The notes beneath the pieces are model-generated. The model was given only the letters and a program-made list of their open reading frames with translations. It ran no database searches and was not told the DNA's origin. A program made the position numbers and the translations under genes. A stretch of DNA of 64,000 bases. It comes from Eledone cirrhosa. Taxonomy: Eukaryota. How positions within the stretch are numbered: position 1 is the stretch's first letter; each line of letters opens with the position of its first letter. Below, in pieces: positions 1 through 15,754 of this stretch. The stretch spans positions 50,220,001 through 50,284,000 of the forward strand of contig OZ024752.1 in the NCBI GenBank assembly GCA_964016885.1, in the 5' to 3' direction.

Positions 1-307
1 GGAGGTGGAGGTGGAGGAGGAGGAGAAGAAGAAGAACTTTAAACAGGTACACATTGTTGATAATGCTGTTTATGGTCTTATAAAAGAATGTCATGCGTTA
101 CCATCTTAATCAGTTTCTCTACATTTGTCTACAGAGATATTTTCTTAACGAGAGGTTTTAGCTTAATTGAATTAGATTTAATTGAAACAATGGAAAGCAA
201 AAGAAGAACAAAAGGTTTTCTAGGATATTTCTAAATGAGAAAGTAAATAGAATATAGAATGGAAATTGAAAATGTAAATCTTAGAGGAGTGTCAAGTAGC
301 AAACTAA

Positions 308-1370
<1,063 letters not shown>

Positions 1371-3111
1371 TATACATTTAGTAGGCATCTCTTAACCACT
1401 ATACCCCCTTCCATACACCTCTCACACCCCAACAGACACCCACCCACTTCTGTCCATACCACCCTTATATGGTAAAGTTATGTCTGTATCAGCTATTATC
1501 ATATGACTTACATGAAAACTGGAATATTAGCAGTAAACCCGCAATGTCCCCATGATATGAGTGTATTCTTTATAACCACCATTGGTGGAGTGTAGAACAA
1601 TATGATTTACAACATATAGTTACATCCCTTTGCATTCTGAGTTCAAAATCCACCCAGATTAGCTTTGCTTTTCCTCCTTACAAGATCGATAAAATAAAGT
1701 ACCAGTAATGCACTGGGATCTATTTAATTGACTTTTCCTTCCCCCAAAATTATTGGTCTTATGCCTAAACTAGAAACCATTATAACCATCATCACCAGTT
1801 TTAGACAAACACTAATAAATGTTAGAAATAATTGTACAGATTAATAAATTTTAGTTTTGGAAATACCAAAAATTTGTTTTGAAAGGACAAAAGCAAAAAA
1901 AAATGTCTTTAGAATTCATTTTTCTAGTTTTATTCCATTCATGGTGGGTTTCTTTTTGTAAGATTTTTATATTAAAATTTAGTCAATGTTTTCAGTGATA
2001 TCAATTTAAAGTTATCCGTCATTGCAATTGGTAAAATTTTATTTTTACTTATAATCCAAGTATGTGTTTTAAGTGAAAACTAAAAATAGTAGATGAAATA
2101 CTTCTGAAGTGTTTTGTATTTTTGACTGAACCAAAAATATATCAAAATTCTATTGAAAAAATCCTTAATATGGTTTTCTCAGCTTAAATTCATTTCCTAA
2201 CCATTCAACTGTGCATGAGATTCACTAATACAGAACTGGGTCTGAAATAATTGACATGAAATCCAATAAATATATAAATATTCCCTTTGAATATTATTTT
2301 CTCCTTTCAATCAAAACGTGTTTCTTTTGATCCAATGCAAATGACTTCCTCTTTTTAGTATTCCTCTATAATTTTGATAATAAAGGAAAAATCTAACAAC
2401 TAAATTATAGATGAATACTAAAAAAAAAACATCATTATTTTTTGCTGAACAATACCAAGCTGAACAGGACTTCAACATTCAAAAGTAATTCTCTTCAAAT
2501 ATTAAAAAGAATGACCAAATTCTTTTATATGACTTATATATAAACAATAAGCAAATAGATGTGGGTTTTTCTTATACAGAACTGTTCCTGCTGCTATTAC
2601 AATTAAGATTTTCAAATACATCAGTCCAAATTTTGCTTCAATTATTTTGGTTTAGTTCCCATATTTGTTATTCATAGTTTTCTTATAGCAATAAATAATT
2701 ATATTTTATACATAGGCATGGAATTGCTTATTTTGGGAGAAAAAGAAAACAGTTGATTAATCCCTGTTTTTATGATAGAAAATAAATAGTTTTTAAGTGT
2801 TTATTTTTATCTAAAAACCTCCCATCATAATTCTATATCAAAACCTTTGTTAAGTTCCAAAAACCAGTTTAATAAAAAAAGAAAATTAGTTTATATTACA
2901 GATATTTGCATGACAAAATTCAAAAAGTGTTCATATATATATGTATATATATATAAATGGCAAGAGCTCAGCTGTTGGGGTCCCAACTCTTTATAGTATA
3001 ACCATACTCTACTACCCCAAGTATTGAGTACTCTGGTGAATAATGGTCTAACCAGTTTCAAACTGAATCCATCCTGATTTATACACACATATACACATTA
3101 TACACACATAT

Positions 3112-3144
<33 letters not shown>

Positions 3145-4025
3145 CCATGAAATGCAATAATTATACATATTTGAATGATATATAGACCTGTTCATGACAT
3201 TATATAACTTACAAACATAACTTATTTCTAACATAAAATATATCACACAAATTTCTTCAAAATTCTAACACTTTTAACACTTCTAACACAAAACATACAT
3301 ATTTAAATACTTTATGAGAACTAACTATATTAATCAAAATAAAAGCTTTCCAGTTTCAAGAATTTAAAGTTTTTTTAAATCAAATTTGTCTTTCCTAATT
3401 GGATATATATAAAAACTTTTCTCAAAAAAAAAAAGATTTCAATCATAAAATACTGATAGATTTCAAATGAGATATTGAAATAAGCATGAATAAATTTTAA
3501 AACTCAATAATAAAATATATGCCACATTCATCTCAAATCTTTCTTATGTAGGAAACATAAGATTTTACACGTTCAAAGGAATTAGTTTATAAATAAATAA
3601 GAAAATTTTATTTTCATTATAAGATAATATTTAAAGAATAAGTTTAAAGTAGTCAATAATTTCTTTTAATTACTGAGAATGTTAAATTTTATTTCTTGGA
3701 AGACTTTAAATAATATTATTATTTCATTTTACTTTTATATACATACATACACATGTGATTAAAACAGTGCACACACTCATGCACATACACACACATATAT
3801 ATATATACACATACATATATATACACACACATATATATATATGTGTGTGTGTGTATGTAAAAGGTAAACAGAAATAACAACACAATCGGTACAGTATATG
3901 GAAGGAATATATAAGGTTAATGCTTGAAATAGCAGCAAGAGTGTCTTAACATTTTGGAGGCTGGTCCTTCATCAGAAAAAAGATTGAGAAATTAGAAAGA
4001 TCGAAGGAATACACACACATACATG

Positions 4026-4092
<67 letters not shown>

Positions 4093-4431
4093 GTATACAT
4101 CATCATCATCCTCATTGTTTAACGGCCATCTTCCACGCTAAATGATGATGATGATGATGATGTATACATATATAAATATATATATAATGATGCGTTCGGA
4201 TTTAAGCCCACAAGATTCATTGACTTGTCCCTCTCTTTACGTTGCATTCCTACCATGTTGTTTTTTTACTTTCCTCTGTCCCGATAACTTAATTTAGTTA
4301 TCGCTCGCACTGATTTTAGGTATCTATTCTTTAATGCGAAGAAATACCAATGATAATCAGCAGACTACTGATGATGGACATACATGTTTCTTGGTCTATT
4401 TTCATTCATATATAAATATATAATATATATA

Positions 4432-4560
4432 TGTAGACCCAGAAAAACCTGGGATGATCTGATAAATTCCAACCTCACACACTTACACCTCTCTAAGACA
4501 ATGTCTCTGGACCGAGACCTTTGGCGCTACACAGTAATACAGAAGGCCTGCCTTGCCTCT
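4432..4560 (+). mobile_element. RTE-like LINE 3' fragment
   Basis: RPRKTWDDLINSNLTHLHLSKTMSLDRDLWRY. Confidence 0.6.
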
Positions 4561-4669
4561 GTACAAAGCGAAACCTACAGCCAGTAGGCACCTCTTAACC
4601 AAATATACACCCCAATCTACTACCCCTACCCTATCCTCCGACTCCCATCAACAGCACGAGAAAATGAGA

Positions 4670-4912
4670 TCGAGTTCGTGTAGGTGTCACGACAAAAAAA
4701 CACACAACAGTCCACCCTGTAATGTGGCTGTGTAGGTAAAAAGTTCCCAGTTCCACACTGTAAATGTGGTTGGTGTTAGGAAGGGCATCCAGCCGTAGAA
4801 AACCTGCCAGATAGTCCTATATGAGCGAGACACGGTCACCCGACCAACCTTGCCTCAAGTGGGGCAACTCCCGTCTAACCCATGCTAGCGTGGAAAATGG
4901 ATGTTAAACGAA

Positions 4913-4942
<30 letters not shown>
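4670..4942 (+). mobile_element. SINE/LINE-tail repeat ending aacccatgctagcgtggaaaatggatgttaaac(gat)n
   Basis: Dispersed copies in both orientations, e.g. 860-960, 23297-23540, 30727-30895, 33990-34203, 42605-42885, 58170-58330, 62232-62368. Confidence 0.7.
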
Positions 4943-4945
<3 letters not shown>

Positions 4946-5809
4946 TATATACATCACCAATATCATCATTCATTCTAGTTTGAATTATATAATGTTGCAT
5001 CTTTAAAATGCAACATTACAGAAAATCTAATGGGAAATACAATGAGTGTATCCCAAACTCATCATCACCATCACTCGTCGACTACTGTCGAGATGATGGA
5101 TCTCACTCTCATGCCCCAGAATCCCCTGTCCGCCATCACTGCCCCCAGGTCCTGTCTGCTGATTCCCGTATCCCTAGAGATAACGTCAGGGAATCCCAAA
5201 CTACCTTTATAAGTAGTTATGTAGCATCAACATAATGCAGTCAATATACTGTGTAAAGTAGTTGATGTCATCCATACATAGAACATTTGCCAAACATAGA
5301 TATGAGAGGTCTCTTCAGCTGTGCCACAGGCATATCAACTTCCTTAGTGCTAATTCTATAATAAAATGTACCCAGTACACTCTGTAAAATGGTTGGTGAC
5401 AGGAAGGACATCCAACTATTAGAAACCGGAGAGCTCAATTTGCTGGCCACTGTCACCGTGCCAGCAATGAAATCATATCCGCTCCCTTGCTCTGGAACCC
5501 TGACTCCAGCCTGACTAGGAGTAGGAAGCTGTCATTCCCTGACGTTATCTCTAGGGATACGGGAATCAGTAGACAGGACCTGGGGGCAGCGATGGGGGAC
5601 GGGGAATTCTGGGGCACGAGAGTGAGATCCATCATCTCGACAGTAGTCGACGAATGATGATGATGATGATGATGATTAGAAACGATGTCAAAAGCAGAAT
5701 GTATGTAAGTAAGGGGCAGTCCCTGACTTGTCAGAGAAGGCAGTAACACTGATTAAGTTCTGACTTGGGCTAGGAAGGTCTCATCCAGCCTGGACTGGCA
5801 CCGGAAAAC

Positions 5810-6055
5810 TGATGATGGATGATGACGACGATGGTGATGATGACGATGATGATGATGATGGTGATGAGGATGATGGTGATGATGATGGTGAGGGTGGTGA
5901 TGACGATGATGATGATGATGATGATGATGAGGATGATGGTGATGCTGATGATGATGACGATGATGATGATGATGATGATGAGGATGATGGTGATGCTGAT
6001 GATGATGACGATGATGATGATGATGGTGATGATGGTGATGACGATGATGACGATG

Positions 6056-6088
<33 letters not shown>

Positions 6089-6196
6089 GTGATGAGGATG
6101 ATGGTGATGATGATGGTGATGATGGTGATGAGGATGATGATGATGATGATGATGATGATGGTGATGAGGATGATGGTGATGATGATGGTGATGATG

Positions 6197-6228
<32 letters not shown>

Positions 6229-6265
6229 GATGAGGATGATGATGATGATGAGGATGAGGATGATG

Positions 6266-6317
<52 letters not shown>

Positions 6318-6349
6318 GGATGACGATGATGATGATGATGGTGAGGATG
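5810..6349. repeat. Compound (GAT)n microsatellite
   Basis: GAT with GAC/GGT/GAG variants. A similar tract is at 60420-60755. Confidence 0.95.
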
Positions 6350-6386
6350 TAACTAATAATATAATTAATTGTAACAAGTGATTGTG

Positions 6387-6447
<61 letters not shown>

Positions 6448-6624
6448 TTCTCTCTTTCTCTTTCTTGTTTGATCATTTGTTATGTTCTGATTGAAATAAA
6501 ATCAAGTTGGTGGAGACAGAGAGACAACGAAGAAAATAAATTTGTTCAAACCCTGCCAGAGTCAATGGCCACTTTCACATCTATACAACAAGTGTTTCAA
6601 TGCCATTTTCCTTGTGTGTGTGTG

Positions 6625-6866
6625 ACAGCTCTCACCTATGCAGGTTTAGCTGGCCTCCTCCAAGGTATATCTCATTGGAGGTGTCTTGGGTGATTTAATG
6701 ATAGGGACCCCAGTCCTATCATCTCATTTCTACAGCTGAGTAAACTGGAGCAACGTGAAATAAAGTGTCTTGCTCAAGGAAACAACACATCACTCGGTCC
6801 AAGAATTGACCTCACAACCTTTTGATTGCAAGCCCAATGCTCTAACCACTAAGCCATGCGTCTTCA
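6625..6866 (-). mobile_element. CORE-type tRNA SINE
   Basis: Reverse complement of 25020-25262. Confidence 0.75.
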
Positions 6867-8289
6867 CATTTTCCTTGCCAATGCAAGGATTGGTCTTGCC
6901 AGCACCATAACAAGAGTTGAGGGTCAGATACTGCAAAGCATCCTATCCGATTTTTTTTTTTTTTTAACTGAACCTGTCAGTCCAGCAAACCACCACCACC
7001 ACCCCCACCATCACCACCACCATCACCACTACCATCACCACCATCACCACCCCAGGTTTGGTACTATTGAACTCATCAAATAAGGACCAATAACATGCTG
7101 TATCATATCAATCTTTACTAAGGCTGCTCTCTTAAATACAGAATTTTGTCTCAATTTCTCTTCAAAGGGGATCAATATTTCACCTGGACACTGAAAATGT
7201 TGAAATTCAAGTATTTAAATGTGGCTAAAAAGCACAGTCCATAATGAGGGGTGGAAATGAACATTAATAATAATAATAAAAAAATTAAAATAAAATTTAA
7301 AAAAACACAACTACAACTTTACTTTGGTGAAAATATCCAAGGTATTTTTAGGGATTTCCAATAACTACAGTATAATATTTTTTATTGCTTTCAATCATTA
7401 TTTGACATACAGCATCAAAGATGCCAGTGGAGTATAAAATAAAAATCAACCGATACCCACCCTGGGTTTTTTTGTATGTTTGTTTGTTGTTTTGTTTTTT
7501 TGTTGTTGTTAAGATTTTTATCCATGACTAAATTCAATTAATTTTCAGTTATTTGTGCATGAAATCTTCTGAAGATTAAGTTGATCAATACTTTGATTTT
7601 TTTTTCTTTTTCTTTTTCCCCCTAAGTTCACAAACAAATCTTGAATTGAGAATTGTTGTGAACTTGGAAAAAATCAAAGATTTCAAAAGTCTCGAGATAA
7701 AAAGACAACGTATTTTAGTGGACTTGCCAAGTGGCTCTTTTAAAACCAAAAATACCAGATGAGTCTGGTATGGGTCATTTATGATTTTTGTTGGTGGTGA
7801 CATGCTTTTAGAAGAGCATTTGGATCAATGTGATTTGAATATGAACAAAAATAAAATAAAATAAAACGAAAAAAAAATAAAATAAAATCGAAGGGGTAAT
7901 TTCATTAGTCACCACAGTATAGATTTTGACAAAATTTTCTTTTATTTTTTTCCCCCATTTTTACATTTTTAATTTTTATTTTTTATTTTTATTTATTTTT
8001 ATTTATTTTTATTTATTTTTATTTATTTTTATTTATTTTTATTTATTTTTATTTATTTTTATTTATTTTTATTTATTTTATTTATTTATTTTGTGTGATG
8101 ATACATTAACTAACAACAACAAGAAATATTCTCTCTGAAACCAACCAATAGAATTTCACATTGACTTTAGAAGAAGTTTGTGGGAAGTATCCATATGTGC
8201 TAACTGTCTTGTTTGCTATTGCACGTGTGAAATATGCGTAAATGTAACCATTTTTCTAATTTCTTCAATCTATCAAATTACTCATTGAA

Positions 8290-8324
<35 letters not shown>

Positions 8325-8404
8325 CATATATATATATATTCCATATATATATATGTATTCATATATACATATATATTCATCTATATATTCATATATATAT
8401 ATGA

Positions 8405-8435
<31 letters not shown>

Positions 8436-8454
8436 TATATGTATATATATATTC

Positions 8455-8537
<83 letters not shown>

Positions 8538-8545
8538 GTATATTC

Positions 8546-8586
<41 letters not shown>

Positions 8587-8598
8587 ATATATATATTC

Positions 8599-8667
<69 letters not shown>

Positions 8668-8669
8668 TC

Positions 8670-8734
<65 letters not shown>

Positions 8735-8737
8735 TCT

Positions 8738-8770
<33 letters not shown>

Positions 8771-10297
8771 TTTTCCATATATTTTACTCTTTAAGTGGTG
8801 TGCATGCGTGCATATAAGTTTATGTTGGTGTGTGGGTGTGGGTGTGGGTGTGGGTGTGTGGAGATAAAGAGAAAATGGGTGAGAGAGAGAGAGAGAAAGG
8901 GTGTGAAAGAGAGAGAATGAGAGAGAGAGAGAGAGAGACTAGGAAGTAAATTTAATCAAAATTTCTGAACAAATTAAACAGGTTGGATGAATAGAAAAGA
9001 ACAATTAAAAGTTTGAGTGAATATTTGATAATAAAATACCAAGGCATGTTGTGTGAAATGCTTCAAAGAGGAACTTTTAGTCAACTTTGACACTTTTTTG
9101 TTGTTGTTGTAGTAGTAGTAATAGTTGTTGTTGTTATTTTTTTTTATTTTAAAGACTTGTGAATGTATTTAAATATATAGTAGCTGATATTGTGGTGACA
9201 TGAACAAGCTGGCCTGTGATAAAAAAAAAAAAAAAAATATTGTTGTTCACAACAATAGAACGGGTAGCAGACAAAGAGGCAGAATGGTATTTGATACAAA
9301 AAGAAGAAAAAGAAAAAGAAAAAGAAAAAGAGAGCGAGAGAGAAAGAAAGACTTAGAAATAATGAGAAAAGCATATTGAATGCAATAATTATCAAAGAGT
9401 GTACAAATGAGCTCTGTGTAGCAGTTGGCAGTTTTATCACTTCCATGCCTACAGAAGAATTTATTTTTTTTTGTTGTTGTAGTTGTTGTTTTTGTTCATT
9501 TTGTTTTGTTGTTGTTTGTGGTGTTGTTTGTTTTTTTTTTGTTTTTGTTTTCTTTCTTTTACTTGGTTGCTTCTTGTCACAAAAGAAGACAACATTAGAT
9601 TAGGTGTAAAGCATAGAAAATCACTATTAAAAGTTAAGTATATTGTGAAAGAGAGGAAGCTGGGATATGAAAGCATCATGCATGACATTTTCAAGAAATT
9701 GACCCCCAGGAACATGTATTCTTCGCACCACAAAACAAGCCAGTTTGTCAAAATAGTTGTCAATTTCTATAACATTGATTAGTTGCAGCAGAAAAGAATC
9801 ATAATTAATATAGATAATAAACCTCCACATTAGTACTAAATGTTCTTATTCTCATTATGACTCTTAATGAAATAATGAAACGAAAGATGATTTGTTAGAG
9901 CAATCAGTTTACAAAAGATGAGGTTTGAATAGATTATGATAATGTTTCTGTGAAATCTTGAAATAACTTAGGTTATCAAAGGCTCTAGGTTTTCTTTACT
10001 ACAATAATGACTTTCACTGTTATCACCCAGGTCAAACAGTATTAAGTTCTCTGCTATAAAGAAACAAGATTATGTTCTTTTTGAAATGGTGACATTGTAA
10101 CTAAATGTAGTTGTTTACTGTTACTTGAGGGGAAAACAGTGAGAAGACTGTTCCCTCTTTCTTCAGTCATTCCATGTTATTATGATATAAACAAAGTAAA
10201 AGTTAATTAAATCCAAGCATATTCAGATAGTATATGTTGAGTGTTAAGATGGTAAACAACAATTTTCATTGAGATCATTCTCATAAATCACCTACAC

Positions 10298-11850
10298 AAC
10301 ACTGTAAAGTGGTCATGTTGGTGTCATGATAAAAAGGCTCCCAGTCCACACTGTAAAGTGGTCATGTTGGTGTCATGATAAAAAGGCTCCCAGTCCACAC
10401 TGTAAAGTGGTCGTGTAGGTGTCATGAGAAAAATCACCCAGTCCACACTGTAAAGTGATCATGTAGGTGTCATGAGAAAAATCACCCAGTCCACACTGTA
10501 AAGTGGTCGTGTAGGTGTCATGAGAAAAATCACCCAGTCCACACTGTAAAGTGGTCGTGTAGGTGTCATGAGAAAAATCACCCAATCCACACTGTAAAGT
10601 GGTCGTGTAGGTGTCATGAGAAAAATCACCCAGTCCACACTGTAAAGTGGTCGTGTAGGTGTCATGAGAAAAATCACCCAGTCCACACTGTAAAGTAGTC
10701 GTGTAGGTGTCATGAGAAAAATCACCCAGTCCACACTGTAAAGTGGTCGTGTAGGTGCCATGAGAAAAATCACCCAGTCCACACTGTAAAGTGGTCGTGT
10801 AGGTGTCATGAGAAAAATCACCCAGTCCACACTGTAAAGTGGTCGTGTAGGTGTCATGAGAAAAATCACCCAGTCCACACTGTAAAGTGGTCGTGTAGGT
10901 GTCATGAGAAAAATCACCCAGTCCACACTGTAAAGTGGTCGTGTAGGTGTCATGAGAAAAATCACCCAGTCCACACTGTAAAGTGGTCGTGTAGGTGTCA
11001 TGAGAAAAATCACCCAGTCCACACTGTAAAGTGGTCGTGTAGGTGTCATGAGAAAAATCACCCAGTCCACACTGTAAAGTGGTCGTGTAGGTGTCATGAG
11101 AAAAATCACCCAGTCCACACTGTAAAGTGGTCGTGTAGGTGTCATGAGAAAAATCACCCAGTCCACACTGTAAAGTGGTCGTGTAGGTGTCATGAGAAAA
11201 ATCACCCAGTCCACACTGTAAAGTGATCATGTAGGTGTTATGAGAAAAATCACCCAGTCCACACTGTAAAGTGGTCGTGTAGGTGTCATGATAAAAAGGC
11301 TCCCAGTCCACACTGTAAAGTGGTCGTGTAGGTGTCATGAGAAAAAGCACCCAGTCCACACTGTAAAGTGGTCGTGTAGGTGTCATGAGAAAAAGCACCC
11401 AGTCCACACTGTAAAGTGGTCGTGTCGATGTCATGACAAAAAGCACCCAGTCCACACTGTAAAGTGGTCGTGTAGGTGTCATGAGAAAAAGCACCCAGTC
11501 CACACTGTAAAGTGGTCGTGTCGGTGTCATGACAAAAAGCACCCAGTCCACACTGTAAAGTGGTCGTGTAGGTGTCATGAGAAAAATCACCCAGTCCACA
11601 CTGTAAAGTGGTCGTGTCGGTGTCATGAGAAAAATCACCCAGTCCACACTGTAAAGTGGTCGTGTCGGTGTCATGACAAAAAGCACCCAGTCCACACTGT
11701 AAAGTGGTCATGCTGGTGTCATGAGAAAAAGCACCCAGTCCACACTGTAAAGTGGTCGGGTAATGCCACAGTAAAAAGGCTCCCAGTCCACACTGTAAAG
11801 TGGTCGTGTAGGTGCCACAGTAAAAAAGGCTCCCAGTCCACACTGTAAAT
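10298..11850 (+). repeat. 48-bp minisatellite (~32 copies) derived from a SINE body segment
   Basis: Unit gtgtcatgagaaaaatcacccagtccacactgtaaagtggtcgtgtag. Runs directly into the SINE continuation gtggttggtgttaggaagggca. Confidence 0.95.
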
Positions 11851-11984
11851 GTGGTTGGTGTTAGGAAGGGCAACAGCAATGAACAACAGACCCACGTGGA
11901 GATTAATTATTGAGTCGATTTCGGCTGAGACCTCCGGATGATGATGAAATGTATGGCATCTACACAGGTGTGTATAATTCTTAC

Positions 11985-12141
11985 CTTGATTATCAGGTAG
12001 CTCTGCAATTTGTTCCTCAACAACAGATACTTTAGATTCATAAAAACCCTGTAGCTGCATCATTTCTTCCTGGAGCTTTGCTCTGTTGTTTCTTTCTTCT
12101 TCATATTTGGCTTGCATTTCAGCAAAATGCATCTCATATTC
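11985..12141 (-). CDS. KIF17: KIF17-like coiled-coil stalk exon
   Basis: Acceptor aataatgcag|GAA; donor CAAG|gtaaga. Encodes EYEMHFAEMQAKYEEERNNRAKLQEEMMQLQGFYESKVSVVEEQIAELPDNQ, which resembles the vertebrate KIF17 segment EYEERLARLKADYKAEQESRARLEED (recalled, not aligned). Confidence 0.85.
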
Positions 12142-12512
12142 CTGCATTATTCAAGAAACAATTATTAATCTTCAGTTTTCCTAAAAACCTCTCCATCTCC
12201 AACTATTTCTATGTACTTGATGAGTTGTAGTGCACCTGAGCACTGTACACAATAATTTCATTATTATTATTATTAACAAATATCAACTTCAGAAATTGTT
12301 TTAAGCTATAAAATATTTGGGTTTTTTTATTTTATTAATATTTTAAAACAGGTTTCTGTCAGTAGAATGCAGCCATGCTGGAGCAACACTTTAACTTATT
12401 CTATCATATTGACAACAGTACTCATCTGTTTCAAGTCTGGTACTTATTTTATCAATCCCATTTTTTTAAACTGCTAAGTTAAAAGACATAAGCACATACA
12501 CACAAACACACT

Positions 12513-12608
<96 letters not shown>

Positions 12609-13162
12609 GAACACATGACCATATGTAAGTGAGATGAGACCCCTCAGCCTCTCTGGGAGGTTAGTAGCTCCACTTTAATACTGATTTCGTCTATATAAAC
12701 CCATACAACCCATAAACATGGTTATCTTATTGCATATATTCAAAACATTTACCGTTTTAATTAATGAAATATGAAATTTGAATAATAATTAGATTAGATT
12801 CAAATTAGATAAGCGAAATGTATGATTGGTCTTTTGAAATTACAGCAACATATTCTAGGCAAAACTCTTGATAAATGGTTTTACAAACAATGACTATAAA
12901 AGACCTAGTTGATAATCATTATGTTTGACAGGTTGATAAGAATTAACTAAATAATGTGTAATGCTAAATGCTTCAGATTAAATTACGCCAATTCTTAAAA
13001 TTTGTCATACAAACTGTGAGAAAATTACCATATTTAATGTATTTAAAACATCTTTATAAGTAATCAGATAAAACCAAAAGAAATATAATGTTTTATTTTT
13101 AAATGAAAAAGACAATTGATTTAATCTAACAAGTTCACACAACTTCCAACAAACTATCATTC

Positions 13163-13200
<38 letters not shown>

Positions 13201-13259
13201 TTATATATACATATATATATATATCTATATATATACACATATATATACATATATATATA

Positions 13260-13300
<41 letters not shown>

Positions 13301-13955
13301 ATATATATATATATGTGTTTATATATGTGTGTATGTATAGTGTATATGAAAGGAACGATCGACTTTCATCAAATCGGACCGAGGAAACAATGTTTCCGTT
13401 GGTCTTTCCAATTGCTAATACTATCTATCGGTCGCAACTCCAGGTAAAAGGAGCAACGTGAAATAAAATGTCTTGCTCAAGGACATAACGCATCGCCCGG
13501 TCCAGGAATTGAACTCACAACCTCACGATTGCGAATCCAATTCTCTAACCACTCAGCCACTTAAAATAGTGTATATATATATGTATATATATATATATTT
13601 AATGTTTATATGTGTGTGTGTGTGTATGTATGTATGTATATATGTGTGTATGTATATATGTGTGTGTGTGAGCTTATATATGTGACACCAGCTAACAACT
13701 ACAACATAGAGGAACAAGGTTTTCTTTATTTATAGTTTCTGATTTAGTTAAACTTGGTTGGGTTGCTTCCCCTGCATTCTAATATCATCCACTATACAGT
13801 TCCTCATTGACAAGCCTCAACAGATTGGCAGCAAGCTCATCAGTGACTAATTAATTGTTTCTACTTTAGGCACAAAGCCAGCAATTACCCAGTGCATTAC
13901 TGGTACTTTATTTTATCGACCCCGTAAGGATGAAAAGCAAAGTCAACCTCGGCGG

Positions 13956-14124
13956 TACCATATTTCCTGGTGCCGAAGACACTTTGTCCTCGAGGACACA
14001 CCCTAATTTTGACAACCAGAAATTTGAAAAAAATAATAAACCTTCGGCCTCCAGGATGCAATGGTAGATTTTAAAGATTTATTTTAGGAAAAAAGTAGCA
14101 TCCTCGATGCCAGGAAATATGGTA
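13956..14124. mobile_element. Tc1/mariner(pogo)-type MITE
   Basis: TA-ccatatttcctgg ... ccaggaaatatgg-TA inverted termini with TA duplication. Truncates a Meta-like SINE. Confidence 0.75.
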
Positions 14125-14259
14125 CCTTTCAATCCGCACATGACAAAGTCTGTCTACATGTTTACCTGTCTATTTATTTATTAGGTAGCTGTGGCAGTGG
14201 AAACAGTATGATCCATGTAAAATACTTAAACACTACATAACTTTTATATGAATACATAC

Positions 14260-14369
14260 CAATTTTAAGTTTTCTTTTTCCTTTTCTAGTTCTTCTTTTC
14301 TGTATAAAGAATTTGGACTAGAATCTTTCTCTGTCTGTTTTTCAGGTTCACTTTGTAATTGGTTCATAT
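14260..14369 (-). CDS. KIF17: KIF17-like 110-nt stalk exon (absent from the ORF track)
   Basis: Acceptor ttttgttatttcag|AT; donor TTG|gtatgt. Open frame (D)MNQLQSEPEKQTEKDSSPNSLYRKEELEKEKENLKL. Phase 1 in and phase 0 out exactly bridge the neighbouring exons. Confidence 0.8.
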
Positions 14370-14683
14370 CTGAAATAACAAAACAGAAATTACTAGCAAG
14401 AATAAAGTAATGTTTGTTAGATGTGATACCTCACAAGAAATGAATTTGAGGTCTCGTTCACTGGTAACTATAACAATACTATTAAACACCTACAACAAAG
14501 AAGAAGTGGTACAAACATACACTACATAAGGTTTCTGAGACTGACTAAGTGACCATACACTTATCTAAGTGTTCCCCATAGATAAAGGCACATTTCTAAG
14601 GCAATATTGCCAAAGAGTTTCAAAGAAAACAGGTATATCACTGAAAAAAAAAAGAAACTAACCCTACAAATAATGCTCTAAAC

Positions 14684-14949
14684 CAGGGATGTCAAACTGA
14701 GGGTCTCCTGAGGGCCACATGTGTCACATATGTGTTGTCTGAGGGCCACATGGGTCACATATGTGTTGTCTGAGGGCCACATGGGTCACAGATGTGTTTT
14801 CTGAGGGCCACACATGAACAACTAATTGCGCAGATTACAAGTAATATTTTTTTATTTTATATTACGAAGATGAAACATGCTCGCGCTGTAAAAACCTTTA
14901 TGCGGGCCACGGGTTTGCTTGTAAAGGGGCCGCATGTTTGACATGCCGG
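14684..14949. mobile_element. hAT (Charlie-like) MITE
   Basis: Termini cagggatgtcaaac / gtttgacatgccgg. 8-bp TSD ctctaaac at 14676-14683 and 14950-14957. Internal 31-bp repeat x3.5. Confidence 0.8.
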
Positions 14950-15754
14950 CTCTAAACACTATAATTAATAGCGGGCCACAGGTGTGCCTGTTTGACATGC
15001 CGGCTCTAAACACTATAATTAATAGCGGGCCACAGGTGTGCCTGTTTGACATGCCGGCTCTAAACACTATAATTAATAATGAGAAGTACCTCCAAAAACT
15101 GGATTATTTTTTAGATGTTTTCAAAAATCATGGACAGTGCCTTTCATTAGAAATATGATAATAGTTTCTGATTTAGGCACAAGGCCAGCAATTTGAAAGG
15201 AAGGGGGAAAGTTTATTAAATTGACTCCAGTGTATTACTGGTACTTTATTTTATCAACCCATAAGGATGAAAGGCAAAGCTAACCTCAGTAGGATTTAAT
15301 AATAATAATAATGATGATGATGATGATGATAGTTTCATTTATTGGCCACAAGGGCCGACATATAGGGGACAATAAAAAAGACGGGGCCAGTGGGGGGTTT
15401 ACATATACAACGTGTAAACAATATAAATAACAATAACAAAATAACAATAAAAATACAACAATGAAAAATTCCCCAATAGAGGGTATGACCACCTGGGGTT
15501 CACTCAGGTACCCCACCAATCCTGAACCACCCGAGAGCGCACAACAACCCGTCAAAGGTGCATGTATAGTACATAGACTAATGTACATATGTCAAGAAAG
15601 TGAACAGTGTATGTGTGTATGTGTGTAAGATTGTAAAGAAACATAACTATATGCTGCAAAGTATATAGTTGAATGCCTTATCAATACAGAGAATATGCCA
15701 TCCTCGTTAGAAATATGATAATAAAAGGGTTAAAAGTTAAAATAGACATCGACA

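Noticed and set aside
5781-6476. Poly-Asp, poly-Ser and poly-Met ORFs
   Set aside because: (GAT)n microsatellite with no splice or domain support.
7037-7183. Possible next KIF17 exon on - (tccag|GT GAA ATA TTG..., phase-compatible, ~46 open codons)
   Set aside because: No recognisable KIF17 similarity and no convincing donor. Needs RNA-seq.
10125-10170. CTGAAGA (-) next to a hairpin
   Set aside because: No GAAA or stem III follows, so not a hammerhead.
10298-11850. CRISPR-like array or 440-aa repeat protein
   Set aside because: Contiguous units with no unique spacers and no cas genes. The unit is a SINE segment. The ORFs arise because 48 is a multiple of 3.
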